The notes: generated from the sequence alone by a model not told the origin. A DNA stretch of 64,000 nucleotides from Verrucomicrobiia bacterium (GCA_036272195.1 DATAZE010000035.1:72923-136922); one strand, 5' to 3'. Counted from the first letter of the stretch, positions 1-10,316 are shown. A program made the numbers and translations.

Positions 1-173
1 AAAAATATTTTTTGCTCAAAAATAAAGACAATCACCGACTGTTTGTATTCGTGAAGTCCTCCTCGGAAAATACTCCTGGGAGGGTTCACTGTCTCGCGTG
101 TATCTCAGAATGAGACAGCCGTCCGGTGAATTTTCGAGTTGAACAAAACCTTTAAAGAAAGTGTCATCTAGCT

Positions 174-2381
174 GTGCCAGTTGAGCCATCACCATTGCCC
201 GCTGACGAGAACCCCTGGGTGGTCAAAGAGCTTTCGCCGGACGATTTCCCGTGGAAACGTTCGCGTTCGGCCTTCGCCGTATTCTTTTTCTTTTCGCTGC
301 TCGTCGCCTTTACCGTTTTGCGGCTCGTGCTGTTCTTAAAATTCGGCCGGCACGAACCGCATGCGTGGGGTGGGGCGGTTCAGATTTTCCTCATCGGCTT
401 TCATCAGGACTTCCTGATTGCCCTGGGGATGACGCTGCCGCTGTTGTTCTGGATCTGGGTGCTGCCTGCGCGCTGGTTTAGCGCCTGGGCGCATCGAATT
501 CCTTTTGTGCTGGGATTTTTTCTGTTCTGGACCGTCGAAGTTTTTTTGCTCTTCGTCGAATATTATTTCTTCGATGAATTTAAATCGCGGTTCAACACGG
601 TGGCCGTGGATTATCTGGTCGCGCCCAAAGAAGTCGCCGGCAACATCTGGGAATCCTATTCCGTGGTGCCGATCGTATCGATTTGTGTGGTCGTCAGCAT
701 CATCTGGCTGGTCATTGCGCTGATTTATTTCCGGCAAATGTGGTTCCAGCCGGTGCGCGCTCGATCGCGGTTCGGTCAATTCGTCGTCGCCTGCGTGCTC
801 TTCATCGGCGTTTGGGTCACGTTCAACCCGCAGTTTACCGTTTTCGCCGACATGGCCAATCGCGACTGGAACTCGGTCGTGAATTGGGTCACCTCGAGCT
901 TCGGTGGAACGCATTTCAGTCCTGACCGCACATTGAACGAAGTAGCCGACAACGGCGCGATGTCTTTCGTGGATGCCGTGTTGACCTGCGACCTGGATTA
1001 CGACGCTTATTATCGGACGATGAACAAGGCCGAGGCGTATCGGCGTGTGCGGCGGCTGCTCGCGGAATCTGGCGCGGACATGACGAGCCAGACCAATTCC
1101 ATTCTGCGCCACATGGCGGGCGATTCCTCCAAACCCAAACTGAATGTCGTCATCCTGCTGGAAGAAAGCTTTGGCTCGGAATTCTGGGGCTGCCTTGGCC
1201 GCACCAACACGCTCACGCCCGAAATGGACAAGCTCGCCACCGGCGAGGGATTGTTGTTCACGAACATTTACGCTTCGGGAAACCGCACGGTGCGCGGTTT
1301 CGAAGGGGTGCTCTCGTCCTTCCCGCCGCTGCCCGGTGAGTCCATCGTGAAACGCGATCACTCGGACAACGTGGAAAGCATTGCGCGGATTCTAAAACGC
1401 GACGGTTACAACTCGATATTTTTTTACGGCGGACGCGGCATGTTCGACAGCATGAAATCCTACGCCATGAATAACGGCTGGGACCGTTTCCTGGAGCATA
1501 ACCCTCCTTTCAACGACGATTTTCCGCATCCGAATTTCGAAACGGTTTGGGGCGTGAGCGATGAAGAAGTTTTTGCCCGGGCCATCAAGGAATTTCATAA
1601 CTTGAATGAAGCTGGCAAACCGTTCCTCGGCACGATCATGTCTGTTTCGAATCACAAGCCGTATTTGTATCCGACCGGGCGAATTCCCGAGGGCCCGGTC
1701 GAAAACAATCCGAAGCGCAAACCCGGCCTGTGGCGTCGTTTCATCCGGAAGGTGGGCTTATCCTCGCCCGGAGGCACGCGCAACAATGTGGTGAAATATT
1801 CCGATTGGTGCCTGGGCCAGTTTTTTCAGGCCGCGAAGAAGGAGGCATTCTGGACCAACACGGTTTTCGTGGTCGTTGCCGACCATGGCGCGCGCGTGTA
1901 CGGCAGCCAGAGCATCCCGATTTTTTCCTACGAAATCCCGTTTGTGGTTCTCGGTCCCGCCGTCGTGAAATCACCAGTCCAAATTGGACAGCTGGGTTGT
2001 TCCCTGGACGTGAGTCCCACTGTGCTTGGCCTGATCGGGCGACCGTATGACACGATGTTTTTTGGCCGTGACCTCCTAAAAGAAAATCCGGGGGACGGGC
2101 GCGTCTTTATCAATCACAACCGCGATATCGGCATCATGGAAAATCAGCGGCTGGTGGTGTTGGGGCTGCAAAAAACCGAGGAATTCTATTCCGGCGACCC
2201 GAAAGTGGCGGATATGGAGCTGTTGACCAATCTGAAAAAAACGGACCGTGAAATTGAAACCAACGCGATCGCCGTTTATCAGGTGGCCGACGATCTTTAC
2301 ATGCACGAGCACTATCGGATCGACGGCACCACGACCCACCGGCCAGTCGTCAGCACGAATTCACCAGCCGGCGGGCATTGA
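174..2381 (+). CDS. LtaS-like sulfatase / phosphoglycerol-transferase family membrane protein (alkaline-phosphatase superfamily)
   Basis: 735-aa ORF. The N-terminal third has several hydrophobic TM segments. It is followed by a sulfatase-type domain with LLEESFGSEFWG, SNHKPY and VVADHGAR motifs. GTG start taken from the ORF track. Confidence 0.8.
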   Translation: MPVEPSPLPADENPWVVKELSPDDFPWKRSRSAFAVFFFFSLLVAFTVLRLVLFLKFGRHEPHAWGGAVQIFLIGFHQDFLIALGMTLPLLFWIWVLPARWFSAWAHRIPFVLGFFLFWTVEVFLLFVEYYFFDEFKSRFNTVAVDYLVAPKEVAGNIWESYSVVPIVSICVVVSIIWLVIALIYFRQMWFQPVRARSRFGQFVVACVLFIGVWVTFNPQFTVFADMANRDWNSVVNWVTSSFGGTHFSPDRTLNEVADNGAMSFVDAVLTCDLDYDAYYRTMNKAEAYRRVRRLLAESGADMTSQTNSILRHMAGDSSKPKLNVVILLEESFGSEFWGCLGRTNTLTPEMDKLATGEGLLFTNIYASGNRTVRGFEGVLSSFPPLPGESIVKRDHSDNVESIARILKRDGYNSIFFYGGRGMFDSMKSYAMNNGWDRFLEHNPPFNDDFPHPNFETVWGVSDEEVFARAIKEFHNLNEAGKPFLGTIMSVSNHKPYLYPTGRIPEGPVENNPKRKPGLWRRFIRKVGLSSPGGTRNNVVKYSDWCLGQFFQAAKKEAFWTNTVFVVVADHGARVYGSQSIPIFSYEIPFVVLGPAVVKSPVQIGQLGCSLDVSPTVLGLIGRPYDTMFFGRDLLKENPGDGRVFINHNRDIGIMENQRLVVLGLQKTEEFYSGDPKVADMELLTNLKKTDREIETNAIAVYQVADDLYMHEHYRIDGTTTHRPVVSTNSPAGGH

Positions 2382-2394
2382 ATTGGCACCCGCC

Positions 2395-2871
2395 TTAATG
2401 CGTCGAAAATCTGCCGCTGTTGTAGACGCTTCCCACGGCCAATTGATTGTTGATTCCCTGGACTCCGGGCAAGGCGGCGAGGGTGTTGCACACACGCTGT
2501 TCTTCAGAGCGGCTGCTGACCGCCCCGCGCACCGTCACCACTCCGTCTCTGCCAACCTCCGCAATCAGCGCGCTGCCCACGGGGGCGAGCGAGGGGTCGG
2601 AAGTCAGTTTTTGGCGAATTTCCTCGGCCACGGCCCAAGTCGCCGGGTTGGCTCCCCCCGGTGGCTGGCTCACGGTGATTTGGGATTCCTCCACGGTTGC
2701 TTCGCCGTTGTTGTAAATGCGTTCTTCAGGCCGCGCGGAAGTCGGCGCCAGCGCCACGTCGGGAGCTGGAGCGTAAGCGGATTCGGTTGCGGGACGATTC
2801 TCCGCGCATCCAACCGCCAGACCCAGCGGCAGTGCGACCAAAAGCATTTTTTTGCAAATTGCGTTTAACAT
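2395..2871 (-). CDS. BON-domain lipoprotein
   Basis: 158 aa. Signal peptide with lipobox (LGLAVGC). The C-terminal part VTVRGAVSSRSEEQRVCNTLAALPGVQGINNQLAV looks like a BON domain. Confidence 0.7.
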   Translation of the reverse strand: MLNAICKKMLLVALPLGLAVGCAENRPATESAYAPAPDVALAPTSARPEERIYNNGEATVEESQITVSQPPGGANPATWAVAEEIRQKLTSDPSLAPVGSALIAEVGRDGVVTVRGAVSSRSEEQRVCNTLAALPGVQGINNQLAVGSVYNSGRFSTH

Positions 2872-3161
2872 AGTTCATCCTTCGTTTGTTTTTTTATTTG
2901 AGCGCTTACTCCTGCGGCTCAGTGGCTGTGACCCCGCCGAAAGTTCGTCCGCTGTCTGGACAGGTTCCATGGGGTGAGTCCTCCAAACGTTGGCTGGAAA
3001 GACACCGGAAGAGGGGCTAAGACGTACCGCTAACGAAGTAGCCGGCGCCGTCTTTTCGGCGGGTAAAAAGGGAAATCAATCAGTGCAGACTAGCGTCTGC
3101 GGCTACGGTATTTGGAGACGCCAGTCGGCGGAGCGGGAGGGTTGTTAAGTTCGGGCGGCTG

Positions 3162-4029
3162 TCACAGGCTCGGTTGGGAGGCGATTCCGCCAGTGGACGG
3201 ATCAAGCGCCCGCCGCCGTTCGGTGGGCTGACACGGAAACATCTTTGCCACTCCCGGCTCCAGCCAACACAAGCGGGTCTGCAGGCACGCTTTGGTAAAC
3301 GCGTTTTGAACATCGGCGCGTGATTCCGTAAAATGCGCCCAACCCGAACAGTGCAGCGGCACAATCCTGGCATTGCGGAAAACCCTCGCGGCGAACACGC
3401 CTTTCTTCCGCGGTCATGGTCAAGTGCGCCGGACCGACGCGCGGGACTATCGCCGCGCCCATGAACAGCACCGCGGTTGTGACGGTGAATCGCCGTGCCA
3501 CTTCTTCCAGGTCGTCAAACCAAACCGTGTCGCCAGAGATATAAAGACAGTCGTCCGGCGCATCGGTGAAATTTAAAACAAATCCAACCACCGGCCCACG
3601 GTCGCCGCCCACTGGACCGTGACGCGCGGGCGTAGCGGTGATTCGCAACTTGCGCCCGTCGCGGCCGGGTATTTCCACGCTTTGCCAGCGGGTCAAGCCG
3701 ATGGCTTTTCCACCGAGTCGTTGGGCTCCGATTTCCGTCGTTAGAACTTTATCAGCACTCGTCAGGAGGGCGCGGCCGGCGCGGTCGAGATTATCGAAGT
3801 GATGATCGTGGCTCAAAAGTACGGCATCGATGTGCCCTAGTTTTTCAGGAGGGATGGCCGGCCCTTCGCGCTTCTTGAGCGTGTAAAGATTTAACACGTA
3901 ATTCGTGCCGGCCGGGTCAAACGTGGGGTCGGTAAGGAGCCGCAATCCGTCCCATTTGAACAACGCGGTCGGCCCGCCAATGTAGGTCGCCACCAGACCG
4001 CTCCGATTCACTTTGGAATCCAGTTGCAT
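3162..4029 (-). pseudogene. MBL-fold metallo-hydrolase interrupted by a 1-nt frameshift (or homopolymer sequencing error)
   Basis: The N-terminal 208 aa (frame of ORF 3202..4029) carry LLSHDHHFDNLD and a typical MBL layout up to ...HLTMTAEE. The family-like C-terminus (GVFAARVFRNARIVPLHCSGWAHFTESRADVQNAFTKA...WLEPG) continues in the frame of ORF 3162..3398. The switch lies in the run gaagaaagg (plus-strand ttt 3402-3404). Confidence 0.7.
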
Positions 4030-4103
4030 AGCCGGGTAAGAGGGATGAGTTGGTTATAACAACGTAGCCAGACATAGTCAAAGGTTGTTGCTCACGACCG
4101 GAA

Positions 4104-4135
4104 GAAGTTCCAAATCTCAAGTTTCAAGTTCCGAC
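4104..4135. repeat. Partial copy of the CAAGTTCCAA-type intergenic repeat (left arm only)
   Basis: gaagttccaaatctcaagtttcaagttccgac resembles gaagttccaaactccaaattccaagttccaaag at 7206-7238. Confidence 0.5.
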
Positions 4136-4215
4136 TTTTGTCCCTATTACTGGCTTCCATTTTTTCCGGATTCTAAACACAATCGGCCAGCGTTGGCCAA
4201 GCCACCGCGCGAACC

Positions 4216-5259
4216 ATGAGCACGAACAACTTCATCTTCATCGGCACCGACAGCGGCGCGACCACCTCCAAGATCAACGCAGTCTGGGAAAAAAACGAGG
4301 AGCCCGTCTCCACCAAATTGCATCAACGCCCCACCAACGCCCAAAACGGCACCAATGCCGTCATCGCCGGCTGGATTGAATCCATTGATATTTTCCTGAA
4401 AGACAACAACCTCAATTGGACGCAGGTGAAAGGCGTGGGCCTCGCCATTCCCGGACCCTACCAGCGCTACGGTGTGCTGGACCGCTCGGCAAACCTGCCG
4501 CTCAGTTTCGCCGGCTGGGATGTCCACGCCGGTTACGGCGCGGCGCTCGCCGTTGCCGCGGGCAGGCCGCTGCCGCTGGTGGTCGGCAATGACGGACGCT
4601 TTGGCGGCGTGGCCGAGGCGCGTTATGCCCGGCACAGCACCAAAAATTCCGTCCTCATGCTCATGCCCGGCTCGGGTCTGGGTTGCGCGTTCATCGATCA
4701 AAACGGCCTGCCGCTCGATGGCGACACGCTCGCCGGGATGGAAGGCGCGCACATGCCTGCACCCTTGCAATTGCTGGGCGTCAAACCCTTCCCTTGCGGC
4801 TGCGGGCGCGACTGGGGTTGTTTTGAGACCTACACCACCATCTCCGGCCTGCCGCATTTGCTGGCGGAAAAACTCAAAAAATATCCCGACCACGAACTGG
4901 CGACCGCCACCGGCACGACCAAGGAGAAAGTTCTCTCACTCCGCAGCCGCGCCCAAAAGGGTGACCCGCTCGCGCTGGAGATTTTCGACTTCCAGGCCCG
5001 CGCCCTCGGCTTGCATGTCGCGAACCTCGCGATGGCGCTGGATCCGGGCATTGTGATTATCGGCGGGGGGTTGATGGATATTGAGGCGACCACGCCGGAA
5101 TTCCGCGAACGTTATTTGCGATTGATCCGGGAAGCGGCGGAACCATATCTCTGGCCGTCGCAACGCGGCACGATCCGGATTGTTCCGGCAGTCCTCGGTG
5201 AATCCTCCCAGGCCATCGGCGGCGCGCTGGCGGCGATGTATAGTCACCGGCTAGGTTAA
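4216..5259 (+). CDS. ROK-family sugar kinase (glucokinase-like)
   Basis: 347 aa. N-terminal ATP-binding GTDSGATTSK, GNDGRFGGVAEA, and the ROK zinc motif CGCGRDWGCFETY. Confidence 0.8.
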   Translation: MSTNNFIFIGTDSGATTSKINAVWEKNEEPVSTKLHQRPTNAQNGTNAVIAGWIESIDIFLKDNNLNWTQVKGVGLAIPGPYQRYGVLDRSANLPLSFAGWDVHAGYGAALAVAAGRPLPLVVGNDGRFGGVAEARYARHSTKNSVLMLMPGSGLGCAFIDQNGLPLDGDTLAGMEGAHMPAPLQLLGVKPFPCGCGRDWGCFETYTTISGLPHLLAEKLKKYPDHELATATGTTKEKVLSLRSRAQKGDPLALEIFDFQARALGLHVANLAMALDPGIVIIGGGLMDIEATTPEFRERYLRLIREAAEPYLWPSQRGTIRIVPAVLGESSQAIGGALAAMYSHRLG

Positions 5260-5803
5260 TAAAGGACTTCTGCGCCGTGTCGTAAGGCGGCGGAGGACAG
5301 TCGCTGTCCAAAACCTGACGGAACGCTTGTAGTCCATTTACGCGTATTAACGGCTTGGGCGGCACGAGTTTCTGACGCTTTTCCTGCGCGTTCTCTCGCC
5401 GCTCCGCGGCTCGTTTTCCTTTAATCCTTCAATCCCACGGCTCGCGCCGTGGGCTACCCTCTGCCGCCACTCCGTGGCTGAAAGATTGCGCAAATGTTGA
5501 GATACGCCGCCACTATCTGCCGAAGATGCCGTGTCTTAGTTTGAGCGCGGCTCTGTGAGCCGCAGCAACGGTGGAAATCCTAACGCCGTGGACTATGTCT
5601 GTGTTCTCTGACTGGTGTCCGCTGCGGGTCCGCAGACCCTCGCTCCATGCTTTCGGTCAAATTAAGATACCATCTGCCTGAAGAACACAACTTGACGGAC
5701 CCGGTCAACTTAACCTAATTTCTCCGGCTCGCTGGACGGCGGAACCAACGGCTCGCCCCAACAGTTTTCAGCGATTAACGCCATTAACGGAAAGGTCTGT
5801 TTT

Positions 5804-7132
5804 GTGAATGTATCGGTAGAAAGTCTCGCCCCGTGCAAAAAACTCGTGCGGGTGGAAATCGAAGTGCAGCAGGTGGATCAAACTTTTGATTCCATCACGA
5901 AGGATTTTCAACGTCAGGCCTCGCTCCCGGGCTTCCGCCCCGGCAAAGCCCCGCGCGACATGGTCTTGCGCAAATACGAGAAGGACATCACCGACGAGGT
6001 CAAGCGCAAGCTGATTTCCGATTCTTACCGCAAAGCCGTCGATGAAAAGAAGCTCGACGTGGTGGGTTATCCGGACATCGAAGAGATTCAATTTGGCCGC
6101 GGGCAGACGCTGCAATTCGCGGCGACCATTGAAACCGCGCCGGAATTTGAATTGCCCGAATACAAGGGCCTGCCGGTCAAGAAAGAGACGCGCAGCGTGA
6201 CCGATGAGGACCTGGAACGCGCGCTGGATGCGTTGCGGCAGCAACAATTGACTTTCAAGACTGTGGAGCGTCCCGCGCAGACCGGTGATATCGCGGTGGT
6301 GAATTACACCGGCACGACTGAGGGCAAGCCGATTACGGATGTCGCGCCGACCGCGAAAGGCCTGACTGAGCAGAAGAGTTTCTGGGTTGAGATGGAGCCG
6401 AAGTCGTTCATTCCCGGATTCGCCGATCAGCTTATCGGCGCCAAAGCGGGCGACAAACGCACCGTGAACGTGGATTTTCCGGCGGATTTCGTCACCAAGG
6501 AACTGCAGGGCAAAAAAGGCACTTACGAGGTCGAAATGGTCGAGGTGAAGGAAAAAGTATTGCCGGCGGTGAACGATGCGTTCGCGCAATCGTTTGGCGC
6601 GGAGAATGTTGAGAAATTGCGCGAAGGCGTGCGGCGTGATTTGGAAAACGAATTGAATTATTCGCAGAACAAGAGCGTGCGCGGCCAACTCATCGGCGGA
6701 CTGATGAGCCGCGTGAATTTTGAACTGCCGGAGAGCGCCGTGGCGAATGCGACGCGCAACGCCGTCTATGACATTGTACGCGAAAACCAAAAGCGTGGCG
6801 TGGCTCGCGAATTGATCGAGCAGGAGAAGGACAAAATTTATTCCGCCGCCGCCCAAGGCGCGAAGGAGCGGGTGAAGGTGGCGTTCCTGTTGCAGAAGAT
6901 CGCTGAGAAGGAAAACATCAAGGTCTCGCAGGAGGAAGTGGCGCAGCGCGTGCAAGCGCTGGCGTCAATGTACCAGATTCCGCCTGAGAAATTCGTGAAA
7001 GATCTCCAGAAGCGCAACGGCTTCGTGGAAATCTACGACCAGATCTCGAATGACAAGGTCCTGGAACTTCTCCAGCAGAACGCGAAGATGGAAGATGTGC
7101 CGGCGGGAACATTGTCGCAGGCGCAGCCTTGA
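5804..7132 (+). CDS. tig: Trigger factor
   Basis: 442 aa. The N-terminal ribosome-binding region has LPGFRPGKAP, followed by an FKBP-like middle and a helical C-terminus. GTG start. Confidence 0.95.
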   Translation: MNVSVESLAPCKKLVRVEIEVQQVDQTFDSITKDFQRQASLPGFRPGKAPRDMVLRKYEKDITDEVKRKLISDSYRKAVDEKKLDVVGYPDIEEIQFGRGQTLQFAATIETAPEFELPEYKGLPVKKETRSVTDEDLERALDALRQQQLTFKTVERPAQTGDIAVVNYTGTTEGKPITDVAPTAKGLTEQKSFWVEMEPKSFIPGFADQLIGAKAGDKRTVNVDFPADFVTKELQGKKGTYEVEMVEVKEKVLPAVNDAFAQSFGAENVEKLREGVRRDLENELNYSQNKSVRGQLIGGLMSRVNFELPESAVANATRNAVYDIVRENQKRGVARELIEQEKDKIYSAAAQGAKERVKVAFLLQKIAEKENIKVSQEEVAQRVQALASMYQIPPEKFVKDLQKRNGFVEIYDQISNDKVLELLQQNAKMEDVPAGTLSQAQP

Positions 7133-7205
7133 CCAAAGGCGGGCCTGGCAACGAGTGGAGTTACGGAGCGCGGACTCGATTCTGCGCTCCGCGCCGTATC
7201 AGCGA

Positions 7206-7305
7206 GAAGTTCCAAACTCCAAATTCCAAGTTCCAAAGAAGCTCCAAGCCTCAATCCGGATCGAATTTTCCCAACGCTTTTGGGGCTTGGAACTTGGAGC
7301 TTTCC
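7206..7305. repeat. CAAGTTCCAA-type intergenic repeat, full copy A (hairpin-forming)
   Basis: About 100 nt downstream of tig. ccaagttccaa (7226-7236) is the exact reverse complement of ttggaacttgg (7287-7297). The core ccaagttccaaagaagctccaagc...cgcttttgg..ttggaa recurs at 38800-38905. Confidence 0.7.
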
Positions 7306-7427
7306 CGACAGCCGTCGCTGGTTCCCTAAATACGGTTGAATCCATGCGGTGTCCGCCTGTCAATGAATCCGGCTCGCTCCGCGCTCCCTTGACATCATTC
7401 CGCGCATAACAAAGACTAGGCGTCCTT

Positions 7428-8963
7428 ATGGCTGAAACTAAGACCGCCGAATTGATGGACAAGATCGTTTCGCTCTGCAAACGACGGGGATTTATTTTTC
7501 AATCGTCTGAAATCTACGGCGGCATCAATGGCTTCTGGGATTACGGTCCGCTCGGCGTGGAACTGCGCAAGAACATCCGCGATTGCTGGTGGAACGACAT
7601 GGTGCGTCGTCGCGATGATGTCGTGGGTCTGGAATCCTCCATCATCATGCATCCCAAGGTTTGGGAAGCGTCCGGACACGTTGGTGGCTTCACGGATCCG
7701 ATGGTGGATTGCAAGGTCTCCAAGCAACGCTTTCGTGCGGACCAGATTTTCTTTGCTGCCGTAATGGTGGACGGCCAGCCGGTCGGCTACGTAACGGTGT
7801 TGGAAAGCGAACGAATTGCTGATGAGTTGCAGGAAAAGGCCGAGACATTCAAACGGAAGAAAGCCATCCAGGGCAAACTCGAACCGGTTCAGCCGCGTGA
7901 TTTTACCGATGCCAAACCCGAAGAGATCCCGCTGATTCCCTCGCCGGCGACCGGCGAGCCCGGCAGCCTCACGCCGCCGCGCGCGTTCAACATGATGTTT
8001 GAAACCTACGTCGGCGCGTTGCGTGACGAGTCCGCCGTGGCCTATCTGCGGCCGGAGACGGCGCAGGGGATGTTCGTGGATTTCAAAGCCGTTCTCGACA
8101 CAGGCCGTGTCAAAGTTCCTTTCGGCATCGCGCAGGTTGGCAAATCATTTCGGAATGAAATCACGCCGCGGAATTTCATCTTCCGCAGCCGCGAATTCGA
8201 GCAGATGGAGATGGAATATTTCATCAGCGATGAGGATGACTGGGCCAAGTGGCATCGTTATTGGATCGATTGGTGCCGTGACTGGCTGGTTTCGGTGGGC
8301 ATTCCGGCATCCTCGCTTTCGGAATACAATCATCCGAAAGAGAAACTCGCCTTCTACTCCAAAGGCACGACCGACCTGATGTTCAAATATCCCTTTGGCG
8401 TGCAGGAATTGTGGGGCGTCGCGGCGCGCGGCGATTACGACCTGACGCAGCACGGCAAGGCGAGCGGGCAACCGATGGAGTATTTCGACGACGCAAAAAA
8501 ACGGCGCTATGTTCCGCATGTCATCGAGCCGGCGGTGGGTGTTGATCGCATTTTGCTGGCGATTTTGTGCAGCGCGTATTGCGAAGACCAGGCGCCGGAT
8601 GAAAAGGGCAATATGGAGTCGCGTATTGTGATGAAATTCCATCCGCGCATTGCGCCCATCAAAGTCGCGGTGTTTCCGTTGCTGAAGAATAAGCCGGAAT
8701 TGGTGAAGAAAGCGCAGGAAGTCCGCGATCTGCTGCGTCCATACATGACGGTTTTCTATGATGAAGCGGGCGCCATTGGCCGCCGGTATCGCCGGCAGGA
8801 TGAAGTTGGCACACCGTTTGGAGTGACGATTGATTTTGATACACTGGGCGAGAAAGGTCCGGAATTGGCTGACACGGTTACCTTGCGCGAACGTGATACG
8901 ATGAAGCAGGAACGCATCAAAATTTCCGACCTATTGCCGAAATTGATTGAGAAGGTCCGTTGA
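7428..8963 (+). CDS. glyQS: Glycine--tRNA ligase (dimeric class II type)
   Basis: 511 aa. The N-terminus [41 protein letters not shown] is highly characteristic. Class II motifs and an anticodon-binding C-terminus are present. Confidence 0.95.
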   Translation: MAETKTAELMDKIVSLCKRRGFIFQSSEIYGGINGFWDYGPLGVELRKNIRDCWWNDMVRRRDDVVGLESSIIMHPKVWEASGHVGGFTDPMVDCKVSKQRFRADQIFFAAVMVDGQPVGYVTVLESERIADELQEKAETFKRKKAIQGKLEPVQPRDFTDAKPEEIPLIPSPATGEPGSLTPPRAFNMMFETYVGALRDESAVAYLRPETAQGMFVDFKAVLDTGRVKVPFGIAQVGKSFRNEITPRNFIFRSREFEQMEMEYFISDEDDWAKWHRYWIDWCRDWLVSVGIPASSLSEYNHPKEKLAFYSKGTTDLMFKYPFGVQELWGVAARGDYDLTQHGKASGQPMEYFDDAKKRRYVPHVIEPAVGVDRILLAILCSAYCEDQAPDEKGNMESRIVMKFHPRIAPIKVAVFPLLKNKPELVKKAQEVRDLLRPYMTVFYDEAGAIGRRYRRQDEVGTPFGVTIDFDTLGEKGPELADTVTLRERDTMKQERIKISDLLPKLIEKVR

Positions 8964-9508
8964 TGGGCGACGCGGTTGAAAACGTGAAGACACCCGCCGG
9001 GAAAAAACCCGCGGAGAAAAAACGGGCGCCCACGTTGTACTTCATTATCGCCGTCAAGCTGGCGAAAGGGATTCTGGCGTTGCTGCTGGCTTTTGGCGTT
9101 TATCATCTGGCCGGCAAGGATATTCCGGATTTGTTCGACCGTTTGCTGCGCTTCATTCATTTGGATCCGGAAAATAAATTTCTTTCGGAGATTGGCGATC
9201 AATTGGACAATATCAAACCCACCAACGTGCGGTGGTTTGCCACGGGAACGTTTCTTTACAGTCTATTTTCGCTGGTGGAAGGCATCGGATTGATTTTTCG
9301 CGTCTCCTGGGCGGGATGGCTGGCCATTGGCGAATCCGTGTTTTTTATTCCGATCGAAATATTTGAAATCGTGCATCACAATCAGCAGGTAAAACTCGGC
9401 CTGATTTCGCCGTCGGGCTTTACCTGGAAAGTCTCGGTGATTCTCGGGCTGAACATCCTGATCGTTTGGTACCTTTTCCAAAATCGCGCCCGGCTCTTCA
9501 AACATTGA
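8963..9508 (+). CDS. DUF2127-family membrane protein
   Basis: About 181 aa with 4 TM segments. YFIIAVKLAKGILALLLAFGVYHL is typical of the family. The ATG at 8963 overlaps the glyQS TGA (TGATG). The track start at 8960 is a TTG one codon upstream. Confidence 0.65.
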   Translation: MGDAVENVKTPAGKKPAEKKRAPTLYFIIAVKLAKGILALLLAFGVYHLAGKDIPDLFDRLLRFIHLDPENKFLSEIGDQLDNIKPTNVRWFATGTFLYSLFSLVEGIGLIFRVSWAGWLAIGESVFFIPIEIFEIVHHNQQVKLGLISPSGFTWKVSVILGLNILIVWYLFQNRARLFKH

Positions 9509-9560
9509 AGAAAGCGTTTTCCCGCGTGACCCTGCGGTATTTCTGTGGCATGGTCGGCTC

Positions 9561-10316
9561 GTGACAATTACCGAAGCGATTCAACTCCTGGAAAAATTCC
9601 GCGCCGGCGGCGTGGGCCGCGACAAGGTGTTGCAGGCCTTCCAGGCCGCGCCTGTGGCAGACATCGGTTTCGCGCAGGTGGATGTCCATCGCGCCCTGCG
9701 CAAAGGTTTTCCGGAAGTGATTTTTGGCGCGGGCAAAACGCCGCAACAGGTCCTGAAAATTGCCGGCAAACTGCTCGACCACGATCAAAATGTTCTCGCA
9801 ACGCGGATTACGCCGGAGCACGCGCGTGTGTTGCGGAAAAAATTCAAGCGCGCCGTTCACCACGAACTCGCACGCTGTGTGACGATTGAAAAAAAGCCGC
9901 TGCCCAAACGCCCGGGAACCATTGCCGTGGCCTGCGCCGGAACCAGCGATCTGCCGGTGGCGGAAGAAGCGGCGGTGACGGCGGAAGTGATGGGCAACCG
10001 CGTGGAACGAGTTTGCGACGTGGGAGTGGCCGGAGTGCATCGCTTGCTGAATCGCATCGAAACCATTCGCAGCGCCAATGTGATCATTGTGGTTGCGGGC
10101 ATGGAAGGAGCGTTGCCGAGCGTGGTGGCGGGATTGGTGCCGAAACCGGTGATCGCGGTGCCAACCAGCGTGGGGTACGGCGCGAGTTTCGGCGGCCTGG
10201 CGGCGTTGCTGGGGATGCTGAATAGTTGCGGCAGCGGCGTGACGGTGGTGAATATTGATAACGGATTCGGCGCGGGATACGCGGCGAGCCAGATCAATGC
10301 GTTGGCTAGTATGTAG
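9561..10316 (+). CDS. larB: LarB, nickel-pincer cofactor biosynthesis (NaAD carboxylase/hydrolase, PurE-like)
   Basis: 251 aa. AIR-carboxylase-like C-terminal half IAVACAGTSDLPVAEEA...VIIVVAGMEGALPSVVAGL...VIAVPTSVGYGASFGG. GTG start. Confidence 0.85.
   Translation: MTITEAIQLLEKFRAGGVGRDKVLQAFQAAPVADIGFAQVDVHRALRKGFPEVIFGAGKTPQQVLKIAGKLLDHDQNVLATRITPEHARVLRKKFKRAVHHELARCVTIEKKPLPKRPGTIAVACAGTSDLPVAEEAAVTAEVMGNRVERVCDVGVAGVHRLLNRIETIRSANVIIVVAGMEGALPSVVAGLVPKPVIAVPTSVGYGASFGGLAALLGMLNSCGSGVTVVNIDNGFGAGYAASQINALASM

Noticed and set aside
106-117. Shared 12-mer cagaatgagaca upstream of two plus-strand genes (106-117 and 26319-26330), considered as a common regulatory box.
   Set aside because: In 64 kb read on both strands, many exact 12-mer coincidences are expected by chance. 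There is no flanking similarity and no palindromic structure.
336-1361. Long antisense ORFs overlapping well-supported genes. Examples: 336..1361(-), 4147..4893(-), 5768..6955(-), 9498..10358(-), 17370..18107(-), 19249..19986(-), 20695..22128(-), 36124..37320(-).
   Set aside because: They lie opposite genes with unmistakable family motifs. They have Arg/His/Gly/Pro-skewed low-complexity translations typical of stop-poor antisense frames in GC-rich DNA, and they show no recognisable domains.
2872-3161. 290-nt gap upstream of the BON gene considered as a riboswitch/ncRNA. A cgccg-tctttt-cggcg hairpin near 3045-3061 was also considered as a terminator.
   Set aside because: No conserved riboswitch, SRP, 6S or RNase P signature is recognisable by eye. 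The hairpin lacks a downstream T-run on either strand in the orientation needed.
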